A DNA stretch of 56,695 nucleotides from assembly GCA_013416795.1 (NCBI GenBank), contig RQSC01000005.1:6928-63622 (forward strand). Reading direction: 5' to 3'. Both the position numbers and the translations under genes were made by a program. Positions 32,790-43,800 of the stretch are shown one piece after another (within the stretch, counting starts at the first letter, position 1; each line of letters opens with the position of its first letter). This stretch comes from Prasinococcaceae sp. CCMP 1430. Its lineage: Eukaryota > Plantae > Prasinodermophyta. The notes under the pieces are model-generated. The model ran no database searches. It was given only the letters and a program-made list of their open reading frames with translations, and was not told the DNA's origin.

Positions 32790-34968
32790 ATGGCGAAGGG
32801 GCTCGCGCCATCAGTAGTGGTGTTTTCGCTGCTTCTGCCGCTGCTTGTGCCGTCCATGCTGCTGACCGTGACGAGGGCAGAGGGCATCGCCAGGGGCGCA
32901 GCGCCTCCACCGCAGCGCGTGCGCTTCAACGGCGCGCCGCAAGAGGATGGCTCGGCACCGCTCTTGGCAAAGGAACCGGCGACAGTGCCTGCGATGCGGC
33001 AGGCGTTGTCGGATCTTGTTCTCGCCGGCACCGACGCCGACACGCTCGCAGCTGGGGCTGCTGGAGTCGACGAAAACTTCGAGTTGCGTTTGGGCGGCTT
33101 CGTCATGCCGCGCGCGCCTCGCGAGCAGCAGTGGTCGCCCGCGCGCGAGGTACGCATCCACGTGCTTGCGCGCCATGCCCGCGGCCCTACGCAACGCGTC
33201 AATTTCGAATTCGTTGCCCCCAATTTTTGTTGCTATGCCGCTGGAATGTGGACTGACGCGCATTGACACTCGGCGACGATGTCCGTGCGCGCGGCGCGCG
33301 CATCGTCGAATCGGCCCGGGGTCTTGTGTCGCCGCGCGCGATCTCTTCCCTCTGGCGGCGCACACGCATGCGCATGCTCTCGCTTGAGACCAGGACGGGC
33401 AGCAGCTCGCGGATAGTATGCGCGCGTGCTTGCGACGCGTAGCGATGCTCGGCGCGGCCAGTCCAGATGGCGACCGGCGCGACGCCTACTTGTACGGCCG
33501 ACCCGCAGGACTCGCCGCCCGCAAGAGCACATTCGTCACGTACTCAGTGACGCACAGGTGCGTTCCACGGACGGCACCCACATTCCGCCGCTTGCGGCCG
33601 ATGCGCCAACGTTGCCCGTACGTTGGTGTGCTCGTTCGTCTTGCCCTCCTCAGCTGCTGTCTTCTCCTGACCATGGCACGTCGCGACCGCACACGCGCCG
33701 CGCTGCGCGGCCACTGCCATCGGCGTCTCTGTCGATCCTTCCCGACCCGACCTTGCACAGGGTGATGTACGCAGACAACCTTAAAGCTGGCAGCACTTCG
33801 ATGCGCGCCCTGCTCAAGACGGTGAGTACTTCGCGATATATGCGACTGGGGACGGACAAGGCGGGCAAGCGGCCTTCTCCGGACCTCGCATCACCGCCGG
33901 CGCTGCCCGGCTGGGCCAATGGATCACACACGCCGTGCGTGCAGCGCGGCAGCACCTCAGGTTGGTGCGTGCGCGCGTCTGCCGCGCGGAGCGCGTTCGA
34001 CCTCCGTTTCACCATCGCGCGAGACCCCGCGGAGAAATTTGAGAGCGGTGTGCTCCAGGCGTGGCTCGTGAACAACCCAAGACTGAAGGAGCTCTACCCG
34101 ACGGCCGATGCGATGCTCGACGCGCAGCTCGCTGCGTACGCTGCCAAGCGCTCGCGCGACACGGGCGAGGCATTCGCGTCGATCGATCCTCTCGGAGCTG
34201 GGCTCTCGCATGGCGTGGATGAGGCCGAGGCCCACGCCATCCTCAACTGCAGTGAGAGCAGGTGCGTAATCTCGTTGCCCCGCGCGGGCGCGCGTGACCA
34301 CTGTGCGCAATGTGCGACTAGCAAAGACCAGCCTCACCGCGCGCGACGTATCAATGCGATTGCTGGCGCAACTGTGCATTGGGCGCTGCTGACCCGCACT
34401 ACGGCCGGACTTTGCCGCTGCCGCGGCGAACGCGCCGACGCGGCGTGCCGCCCTCTCGCGCGTGTCGGTTGGGGCGCTCCCCCGTCCTTGCAGTTCAAAG
34501 TGCCTCATGCACGGCGTTGAAGTCAAATCAGGCTGGGCCGGCCTGTGGATCAACGAGCATCTTGCGCCGACACTGTGGCGCCTCGCCTCGGTGACCGCCG
34601 ATGGTGTGCCACTGGCAGAGATCCTCAACTATGTCGGCCGCACGGAGCGAATGGACCAGGCCTGGAACGACGTTGTTGCCGCGCTGCTGGCCAGTATGCC
34701 CGCGGCGCGCGCAGCACGGAAAGCGCGCGGCCTGCCCCCGGACGAGGCCGAAGAGGAGCGCGTGCGGAAGGAGCTCCGCGATGGGCACGCCCCGAATCGG
34801 AACACACACCACACAGAAGGAGGGTCAGAACAGACTCGCGAGCCTGAAGCTTCGCCCCACATCCTCTCAGCGGAGGGCGTTCGCAAGCTCTGCGCAAGTG
34901 AGCTCTTCAGGCACGAGTGGGAATGCGCGGGCTACGCAATGCCGCCAGAGTGCAGGACGGGGGCATAA
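32790..34968 (+). CDS. Signal-anchored sulfotransferase (Sulfotransfer_2 / carbohydrate sulfotransferase-like), multi-exon
   Basis: Hydrophobic N-terminus, 5'-PAPS motif NLKAGSTS (about 33780), 3'-PAPS motif FTIARDPAEKFES (about 34010-34046), NEHLAP, YVGRTERM and EWECAGY. In-phase intron at about 34263-34493. Other exon borders uncertain. Confidence 0.7.
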
Positions 34969-35467
34969 TTCGACCAGGGCAGCTGCCAGTGATAGTGATT
35001 CGCGCTTTCACTGCGGGACACTGTGACTGCCCCTCCCACTGCAGCCGCCACGCACGCGCGCTGTGACAATATTCGAAGATCAGACTGGATACCTTAGACG
35101 TCATTTCGACATTTGCGTCGCCAGTAGGTAGGCATGCAGAACGCATCGCAAGCGCTTCGGTGTCCAGTTGGTGATGTAAAGTAGACTAGTGGCCTAACCA
35201 CGGGATACTTTGCGAACCAACAAACAAAGCACCACGAACAGAGGATCCAGAACACAGCCCGCACTCGAGCCAGTGCACCGTTTTTCCTGGGGGTGTGGGG
35301 GATGGATGGGTGGGTGGGGCGGCGGCGTGGGACGCGGCGCGCCCGCGCGGTGTGCGTTGCGCACCGTGCACGCACGCATGCGCGCGCCACAACGCGCACA
35401 TCACGTAACACGGCCCTTCTGTCACCCTGCACTCCCTCCGCTGCCTCAACACCGCCCGTCCCAAGAC

Positions 35468-35824
35468 ATGCCCGCCCCACGGATGCACCGTGCAGCGCCC
35501 AAGCGGAGCGGATCGGTGGACGACGGCGCCGACGACCGCGGCGCCAAAACGGCTGCGCCGAGCGACCCCACCACCCTGCGCTCAGCGCTGTATGCGGGGT
35601 TAATGGCCTGCACGGTCGTTGCGGCCGCGGGGGCCCTGGGGCGCACGGACAGGGCCTTTCTCAAGAAGCTCAAGGATACAGGGACCAAGGTAAGAGCGGC
35701 GCCGCGCCGCGCGGCAGAGCGGCGCGGCGCGGCGCGGCGCCGCTCTCCTTCTGCTGCTGCTGCTAAGGGTGCGATTAAAGGGAAGGAAGACGCAAGCGCA
35801 AGGTTGCGTAGCGCGGCTGTATAA
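35468..35824 (+). CDS. Small single-TM protein; exon 35468-35689, then a 78-nt AAG|GTAAG intron, terminal exon 35768-35824
   Basis: [22 protein letters not shown] is TM-like. Strong donor consensus; the intron length is a multiple of 3 with no stop. Confidence 0.5.
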   Translation: MPAPRMHRAAPKRSGSVDDGADDRGAKTAAPSDPTTLRSALYAGLMACTVVAAAGALGRTDRAFLKKLKDTGTKVRAAPRRAAERRGAARRRSPSAAAAKGAIKGKEDASARLRSAAV

Positions 35825-35977
35825 GAACTAGGTTCGTGTGGAAAGCTAGCTATCCACCGGCAGCGCGGCCACGCGAGCTTCGGCCAGTAAAGGTGCGCTT
35901 CAAAAACTGACAGCCTCCCGCTATACCCCGCCCCCAACCCACCCACAACGCACACGCGACCGCGCGCGATCCCGCAG

Positions 35978-35978
<1 letters not shown>

Positions 35979-36036
<58 letters not shown>

Positions 36037-36128
36037 CGCGTTTTCGCACCCGCGCGCACGCGCATGCGCACACGCGCGCCAACGCATGCAAACATGCACC
36101 GTACACTCACACACACACACACACACGC

Positions 36129-36166
<38 letters not shown>
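35979..36166. repeat. (CA)n microsatellite cluster
   Basis: Three long CA runs at about 35979-36032, 36104-36125 and 36142-36166. Confidence 0.95.
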
Positions 36167-36236
36167 CCAACCCCCAACTTGCTATCAGAGGGCCCATGAT
36201 GTCGCAGGAGTCGTCGCTGACTTCTCGACGTCTGCC

Positions 36237-36599
36237 ATGCGGCAGGTGTGCGGCATGTGGGACGAAGACCGCAACGACGATGTGAAGGAGGAAGATGATG
36301 AGGAAGATGATCCTCAGGAAGCGCAGATCAACGAGGACATCTGCAAGCGCGATGCCCTCATCGCAGCGAAGGACGAGCGCATCGCTGAGCTGGAGAGGGT
36401 CCTGCAGAAGCACAAGTCCGACGACACCAACAAGGGCGCCGAAGAGGAGGGTCGTCTCATTTTCCAGGAGTCTCAAGACTCGGACAACGACAACACGTGG
36501 CACCCCTGCTTCGTTGATGCTCCTGAGCCTAGTCGCAAGCGGCAGAAGCGAAGGAGCACTTCAAGTGCAAGCTTGACGGTGCAGCTCGATGGCCTGTAG
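36237..36599 (+). CDS. Short acidic/coiled-coil ORF of unknown function
   Basis: [44 protein letters not shown] reads as real protein, with G/C-ending codons; the start is unclear. Confidence 0.4.
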   Translation: MRQVCGMWDEDRNDDVKEEDDEEDDPQEAQINEDICKRDALIAAKDERIAELERVLQKHKSDDTNKGAEEEGRLIFQESQDSDNDNTWHPCFVDAPEPSRKRQKRRSTSSASLTVQLDGL

Positions 36600-37027
36600 C
36601 TTTCTTGGACGGCAGCAGCTGCTGCTACTCAGGGTGCGATTGCAGTGAAGGAAGACGCAAGCGCAAGGTTGCGCTGCGCGCCCGGACGGCAGAGACAGGA
36701 CCAGACATAGCGGCGAGCACGAACAAAGCAAGCGCACACGGGAAAATGCCGTGAGGGGAGAATGCTTGTGTGATTGAGTGACAGCCACAGCACCATGCAA
36801 CCCATGAGGGAAGATAAGCGGAGAGCGGATGCAAATGCGACCCTCTATCGAAATGTTTGAGAAGGTGTGCACACGCAGCACAGCGGCGCGCGCATTTTGA
36901 CACGATGGACGATAGCAGCAGAGGGCGTCTTATGTCGACGAAAGCCTGTAAGTTTGAGCGTTTTGTTACGGATGCCTCGGTGTGCGTGTACGGCCGCGTG
37001 AGCGGCGCCTTGGGCGGTCCTGTGTGC

Positions 37028-37330
37028 TCACGCAGCACGCGCGGAGCACGCATGCCGACGATGCAGGCCGTCGGCAAGGACCCGAAGGACCTTGCGCGTC
37101 GGCCAGCAGCTTGAGTCCGCCCGCTTGTCCCGCTGGGTGAAGAGGTGAACGATGTCACCCATGGTGGACTTGTGCGCACAGCCCAGGGTGTCGAACGCCA
37201 GCGGGTGGAACTGGATGGTGTGGTGCGCGCAGATGTGCGCGTAGCGCTTGACGGGGGCCTTGAAGAGGCCCGCCGACGTGGACGAGTTCGCGCCTGTCAT
37301 GTTGACCTGGGCGGACGGGTCCGTGAGAAG
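37028..37330 (-). mobile_element. Degenerate C-terminal restriction-like endonuclease region of a non-LTR retrotransposon (CRE/RLE-type), 5'-truncated
   Basis: LLTDPSAQ..KAPVKRYAHIC..FHPLAFDTLG..VLRVLADGLHRRHA resembles the K..KY / F.P.a.et.G / ls.alqr.na C-terminal signature of RLE elements. Recognised by eye only. Confidence 0.45.
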
Positions 37331-37385
37331 CCGCGCTCTGTGGTGCGGAGCAGGTCTTGTGGGGAGGCGAAGCGGTCGCAGAAAG

Positions 37386-38504
37386 TTATGACAGCACCAC
37401 TCGCCCGCTCTGATCACACCATTGTCTACGCGCACCAGCTCCGGTGTATTCAACAGCAAGGCCAGCCCTGACAAGGCGAGTGCCAACATCCATGCCGTCT
37501 ACATGCACCTTGGCGAGCAGCCGAAAGTACTTGTCGCGCCGCACAGGAGGTTGCAGAGTGATGTTGTGTCCGCTCCAGATCATCCCCTCGAGCGCTCTCT
37601 TGGCTTTTTCAGCAAGGACTTTCTCCGCTTCGCAGTTCGAACGCAGCTCCGGCGCGTCGATTCCTGCGATGCGGACAGGAACGTCATGGACCAGGGCTTC
37701 CGGGAAAGAGTCATGGCAGGAGTCTGTTCTTGATGAGGTCCCTGTTCTCGTTGCGGTGCGGGGGAAGTCGACACGGAATGTGTCGCCATCAACCACGCGA
37801 TTAACAATCACGCCCACTTCTTCAGGTTCATTGCGAGTGAGCATTCCCAAGACGTGTAGCAGCAGCATCAGCGAGCAACACGCGCAGCAGAATCGCGTGC
37901 TGGCCTGCAGCATTCGCTTGAACATCATCGATATCCATGGCTTGATCTCAGGCACAGCGTCAATCACATGCCTGAGAAGGTGCGCCAGGAGCAGACACTG
38001 CTCGCGTAACTTTGCTGCAAACTTCACCGCGAACACGAGGCTGATGGCAACACGACGACTTGCACCACAACACCGAAGGACCGACACAGCGATCACGGAC
38101 AGAACTTGTGGTAGCATCGCCAAAGTGCACTTGCGTTCAAGGCTCGTCATAAGCTCCAGTGCAGAGGCGATAAGTGTTGCCAGGGCAAGGGCGCAGAGGG
38201 AGAAGACCGCGACTGCGACCAGCAAGACCATGAGTCCTCCGTATTTGACGACTCTTGTATGTCGAGGAACTATACTCCTGATGACTTTTACCATGTCGAT
38301 ATCCGCGCCATGCTCCGCTCCAAACAGGGCCGAAAGTAAAGCCAAGATGGCACGGGGCACGATGTCCTTGACCACCGAGTTGCTCAGGTACGCTGCGTGG
38401 AGCACACATGTGAACCATGTTAGCATGATCACGTTGTTGACCATCGCCAGGGTAGACACGCACCACGCAATAGCCGGCTGCAAAGCGTCGACCACCTTGC
38501 TCAT
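37386..38504 (-). CDS. Multi-pass membrane protein with a C-terminal staphylococcal-nuclease (SNase/thermonuclease) domain, intronless
   Basis: VVDGDTF, VRIAGIDAPEL, RDKYFRLLAKV, AGLAVEY..WC retain the SNase catalytic D/R/D/E/R positions. The preceding roughly 230 aa contain several hydrophobic stretches. Confidence 0.85.
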   Translation of the reverse strand: MSKVVDALQPAIAWCVSTLAMVNNVIMLTWFTCVLHAAYLSNSVVKDIVPRAILALLSALFGAEHGADIDMVKVIRSIVPRHTRVVKYGGLMVLLVAVAVFSLCALALATLIASALELMTSLERKCTLAMLPQVLSVIAVSVLRCCGASRRVAISLVFAVKFAAKLREQCLLLAHLLRHVIDAVPEIKPWISMMFKRMLQASTRFCCACCSLMLLLHVLGMLTRNEPEEVGVIVNRVVDGDTFRVDFPRTATRTGTSSRTDSCHDSFPEALVHDVPVRIAGIDAPELRSNCEAEKVLAEKAKRALEGMIWSGHNITLQPPVRRDKYFRLLAKVHVDGMDVGTRLVRAGLAVEYTGAGARRQWCDQSGRVVLS

Positions 38505-38913
38505 GCACTGTAGAGCAGCGCTGCGCGGCGCGGCAGAGCGGGGCCGCGCGGCGCGGCTCCGCGGCATCTGGTGGGATGGGGATGGCGACGCGTCGCGCAC
38601 GGACGCTGTGCTGTGCACAACACGCAGGGCCAGAAAGGGGCAGCTTCCCGGCGCCGCCAGCGCGCACGACTGCAGTGCGCCGCATGTGAGACAGGCATAA
38701 GTGCGTTCGCGCGGATGCAAGGGGACAGTGTGGTCCCCCTCAAGCCCGGCGTGCCTTACATCTACAGTTAGACTAATAGTGGCACGCGCGCGCCCGCACG
38801 CGCGCGGCGCTGCGCATGCGCGCCCGCCCGCCCGCCGCGCATGTGCGTGTTCTATGAATGGCGCTGCCAGAGGAAACGCATTCGAAACGCCACAGACCGC
38901 GGGCGGCCGGGGT

Positions 38914-39000
38914 GCCGGATATGAAATCGCACGCTTGACATTCGATTCATTCGATTTGACCTTGCTGCGGAGGGTCCGCACATTCCTCATCAACTCGCAT
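38914..39000 (+). repeat. Dispersed repeat copy A (core; looser homology about 38820-39020)
   Basis: Ungapped 87-nt match to 46201-46287, 73/87 identical by manual count. Confidence 0.85.
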
Positions 39001-39391
39001 CCAGCATCGATCCTCAGATTTTTTGATTAGTTTTGACCTTGTTCTCGACACCGCACGGATCCGGATCCGACGACGTGGACGGCCTCGAGTTGAGGGCCAC
39101 CCCTCACCGGGCGCGAGGGGTTCCGTGCTACGCCAAGGCCCCCGAGGACATGGGAGGGGCGCGCTGGGCGATGCGCGGCCCGCCGTGCGAGGCTGCCACA
39201 GGCGAGGAGACTGCCGCGGAGGGGGAAGCTGTCAAGGCGGGCTCTCGCTTCGTGGACGTTGCTGCGCGAAGAATATACTCATACAAATACATCAATGTAC
39301 ACGCACGGCGACGCTGCCCGTCGCGGAGGTCGCTGACTGCTCGAAGGAGGCACGCGCCGGCACTTCCTCCCGCCGGCACCCTCTCCGGTCG

Positions 39392-40108
39392 TCACTCGGG
39401 CCGCCAGCGGCCGTTCTCGAACGCCGCCAGCGCGAGCATTGAGTCCAGGTAGTCGCATAGGGAGGCCTCGTCTGCAGCGCCATCCACAGCACTCAGGAGC
39501 GCCTCGGCCTGCCCTGCGGTCACCCATGCGAAGCACCCGCTGTAGGAGCGCCCGACGAGGCCGTGCACGCGCGCTTGGTCCTCCGGAGGGACAGGCCCTG
39601 GCGACGAATAGCGCACCGCGCGGTCGGAGCGGCAGAAGTACTCCGGCGCGACGCGCAGCGCCTCAGTGACGTCGAGCGACGTGGCGCGCACCTCGTGCAC
39701 GAAGACGTGCTCGGCTGGGCCGTCGGGGTACGCGAACACGTCGTCCTGCGAGCTGCCCCCGCCGCGCGCGGCGCGACGCCCACCGGCGGCGTCGTACTGA
39801 CGGCGGCGATCGTCGCTCGAGAGCACGTCGTATGCCTCCTTGGCCTCGGCGAAGCGCTCTGCGGCGTCGGGCGCCTCGCTGACGTCCGGGTGGATCTTGA
39901 GAGAGAGCTTGCGGAAGGCGCTCTTGATCTCCTTCGCGCTCGCCTGGCGCGACACGTCGAGCACCTCGTAGGGGCTCCTGGGCTTGGCCGAGGCACAGCA
40001 GCGGGTCCGTGCGGGGGGTCCTTGTCGCTGGCGTCTTCTTCTTCTGGGCGTGCGCGAGGCGGACGCTGGCGCGCGTGGGTGCGCGGCCTGCGCCTGCGCG
40101 GCCCCCAT
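39392..40108 (-). CDS. DnaJ (J-domain) protein with a probable plastid transit peptide
   Basis: [54 protein letters not shown] contains the HPD motif. R/A/S-rich N-terminus. Confidence 0.9.
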   Translation of the reverse strand: MGAAQAQAAHPRAPASASRTPRRRRRQRQGPPARTRCCASAKPRSPYEVLDVSRQASAKEIKSAFRKLSLKIHPDVSEAPDAAERFAEAKEAYDVLSSDDRRRQYDAAGGRRAARGGGSSQDDVFAYPDGPAEHVFVHEVRATSLDVTEALRVAPEYFCRSDRAVRYSSPGPVPPEDQARVHGLVGRSYSGCFAWVTAGQAEALLSAVDGAADEASLCDYLDSMLALAAFENGRWRPE

Positions 40109-40817
40109 GTTGGCTGACTGACTGACTGACTGACTGAAGGAGGAAGGGGTGGGTGGGGTGGAGGTTGGAGGGTGTGCCTGCGCCAGAGCCGGCGCGGTCG
40201 CCCTCGCGCGTGGCGCCCCCGCGCGGCGCCCCCGCGTGTGGCGCCCGCCGTGCGCGGGCGCGCCCGCGCGCGCGCGCGCAGCGGTCACTCGAGGCGCCGC
40301 GCGCGAGACCGAGGAGGCATCCAAAAAAAGAAAAAAACGCACGGCAAAAAAAAGAAAAAAAAAACTGCGAGAGCGCGGCGCCGATCAATCGGCGCACCGC
40401 CACCGTCCATCCATCGCCGGTGGTACGCAGAGTGCATGGGCTTCGATGCACTCGATCTCGATGCCCCCATCCCATCGAAGTGGTGCATATCGATGGTAAG
40501 TGAGACAGGCTGTCGCGTCGCGGTGCCGCTGCGCGGGGGCGGGAGAGGGGGCGAGGCAGAGGGGGAAGGAGGGTGCCACAGCGCGCGCGCCCGCGCGGCG
40601 GGCGGGCCGGCGGGTGGGCGGTGGGCGGGCGGATCGCCGTCGTCGCGTGCGGTGACGAGGAGGGAGGAGGGCGTGGGAGGGGCGTAGGGGCGCCGAGCGC
40701 GGCGGGGGCGCATTCGTGCGTGTTCGAAATTTCGAACAGGCGTCGCGTCGGCGACGTGCGCGAGGGAGTTGAGGCGCAGGGCACGACCAAGGGTAGGCGT
40801 GCGCACGGGGGGTGGCG

Positions 40818-43800
40818 ATGGCCGCGGGATGCGGCGACGCCGACAATGCTAGCGGTGCGGGCAGCAATGGCGCGGGCGGTGGCGCGCCCGCGGGCGGCAG
40901 CGGCGGCGGCGGCAACCGCGCGGACGCGGACGACCGTGCGCGCCCGCGGGCGGCAGCGGCGGCGGAGGCAACCGCGCGGACGCGGACGACCGCGGGCTGC
41001 GGCACGTCACGTACACGCCCAAAAAGCTCAAAGAAGGCACGCCGCACCCGGACCACGTAGTCGAGACGGAGGTCCTCGCCGCGGTGAGCCCGCCCGATCT
41101 GTATGGTTCAGATGGGAAGATGCTTGATGACGCGCAGCACCACCTGGCAGACGTGGTGGCGAAGAAGACGATCTCGAACTTGCAGCTCGAGACTGTGTGC
41201 TACTCCAACCTGCGTTTCACCGGCAGGCTAGGCTACAACAACGGCCCGCGCCCCGGCTTCTTTCTGGGCGACGGCGCCGGCGTTGGCAAGGGGCGCCAAA
41301 TCGCCGCCACAGTCCTCGAGCACTGGAGGCGAGGCGGCCGCCGAACGCTGTGGATGAGGTTCGTGTCTCTTAGCGCGCCCTCCCGCCGGACACGCCATGC
41401 GGGTGCTGCGCGGCGACGCTGCGTGGTGTCGAACGATTCACCCGCCAGCGCATGCTGACGCCTCGGCGCGCGCACTTGCGCGCACGCACGTGCGCGGGCC
41501 CGCAGTGTGAGCAACGACCTGAAGTGGGATGCCCGCCGCGACCTGTCTGACCTGGACGTGGGGGCTGAGAAGGAGATCTCCATCCATCCGCGGGGGCCAA
41601 CGCTCCCACAGGGCAAGCTCTCGGACAATGGGGTGGGAGACGGCGTCGTTTTCATGACCTTCAACCTGCTCATCGCTTCCAGCAAGGACGGCCGGACGCG
41701 CCTTGACCAGATCGTCGAGTGGCTGAACGAGGACCCGACCGGAATGCCGCTCATCGTGCTTGACGAGTGCCACCGCGCGAAGAATCTGATGGATACGAGG
41801 AGCCTCGAGCGCCAGCTCAGGCAGGAGCAAGATGCGCGCGAAAGGGCCAATGACCAGGAAATACTCGACGAGGTGAACGCGAATGGCGTTGTCGCACCCC
41901 CCGCACGTGCGAAGAGGGGGCGAGGATTCCCAGACCCGGCGGCGACCAGTAGCAAGACAGCCATTGCGGTGATGCAGCTGCAGGAGCAGCTCCCCGATGC
42001 GAAGGTGCTCTACGCGTCCGCAACAGGGGCATCCGAAGCCAAGCAGCTCAGGTACATGACGCGGCTGGGGTGCTTTGACTACGACAGCACATCGGATTTC
42101 ATCGACGCCATTGAGGGCAAGGGTATGAGCGCCATGGAGCTCTACGCCTGCGGCATGAAAGCCAGCGGTGCGTACCTGTGCCGCGCACTCTCGTACAACG
42201 GCGCCGAGTTCGATCTCCTCGAAGTGGACGTCGCTCCCGACGTGCGCCAGCAGTACGACGCTGCCAGTGAATTCATGATGCTCGTGCGTGCGATCAGCAT
42301 GCACATCGGTGCCGAGTACAGCTTTGAGCAGGATGACGCAGGCGGAGAGCGCACATTCCCCAATGCCGGCAAGGCCAAAAAGAAGACGCAGATGGGCGGC
42401 GGCGTGTACTGGGGTGCGCACCAGCGCCTCTTCAGATCGCTCCTCATGTGCGCAAAGGTGCCGGCGCTCGCTGAGGTGGCAAAGAAGGGAGTTGCGGACG
42501 GGTCGCACGTCGTCATCGGGCTGCAGTCAACAGGCGAGGCCGGCATCGAACGCGCGGTTAAAGAAGCGATGGATGAGGGGAAGGAGCTCACTGAGATGGT
42601 CAGCGCGCCGCTGGCCATCATCTCTCAGCTCATCAAGGCCCACTTCCCGACGGCGGTGACGGCAGCAGATGTCGGCAACCCGAAGCTGGACACTCTGCTT
42701 CACCAGGTGCATCAGGCGGTGTGCTCGTGGGAGAAGATGGTCAAGAGGCGCGGTGGGGCGGACGGGACGGACGGAGACGCCAACAGCGACGACGAGGTCG
42801 AGATCGCGCAGGTGAAGGACGTGCACGCCATCGAGGCCGAGAAGCTAGAGAAAGCGAGGCGCACCGGGCAGCTCATTGATCTGGACGACGATGTCTCTCC
42901 TGAGCAGCTCGCTGCTGCTGCCGAGGAGCGAAGAAGGGAGGCCGACGACGAGCGAGAGCGGCAGCGCGCCGCGGCCGCTGCGGCTGATGCTGCCGCTGCG
43001 AAGCAGAAAGCCGACGAAGAGGCCGACGAGGAATTGCCGCCATGGAAGATCGCCATGATGGAGCTCAGGAGGGAGGCGAACAGCGGCGCCGCGGAGCGGA
43101 GCGTGCGCCAGGCGAATGCCGCCGCGACGCAGGCAGTGACCAACGTGTCCAACGTGAGCGATAGCGACCAGAGCGCCGGCGATGGCAGCGACGATGGGGT
43201 TCGCGGCGAGTCCTCTGCGTTGGCAGGCTCGCCAACGGGTAGCCCCGGGCCTGACGTGAAGCCACTGGTCGGCAGCAAGCGTCAGCGCGAGGCAGCGTCA
43301 GGTTCTGCAGATCCGCGATCGCTAAACTCGGGCTCGGACTCTGACTCTGACATTGATCTGATCGACGACCCATTCGCAAAAGGCGCGGCCATTCCCAAGT
43401 CTGCCAAGAAGGACGCCAAGCCGGATGTCGGGCGCAGGTCCAGTACGCCGGGCAAGGCCAAGGCCAAGTCGAAGAAGGCGCGCCGCACGTCGGACAGCAG
43501 CCATGGTACCCGTGATGGCGATGATGACTCGGAGTCGGACGACGACGAAGAGGATGAGGACGCGTCTCTGGCAAGCCTCGGACTCGTGCGTGACGAGCGC
43601 CTCGTGGAGATGAAGGCCCTGCTGCTCCGCGGCGTGGAGGCCCTGCAGCTTCCGCCCAATCCCCTCGATGACCTCATCGACAGGCTCGGGGGCGCCGAGG
43701 ACGTTGCGGAAATGACCGGGCGCAAGCAGCGCATGGTCCGTACCGAGAATGGGACCTTCGCTGCAGTGCCGCGCTGCCCCAAGGGCCAGGAAGGTGGCCT

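Noticed and set aside
35701-38557. Shared cgcggcagagcgg word at about 35709 and about 38529
   Set aside because: Short and embedded in GC-rich low-complexity sequence; expected by chance.
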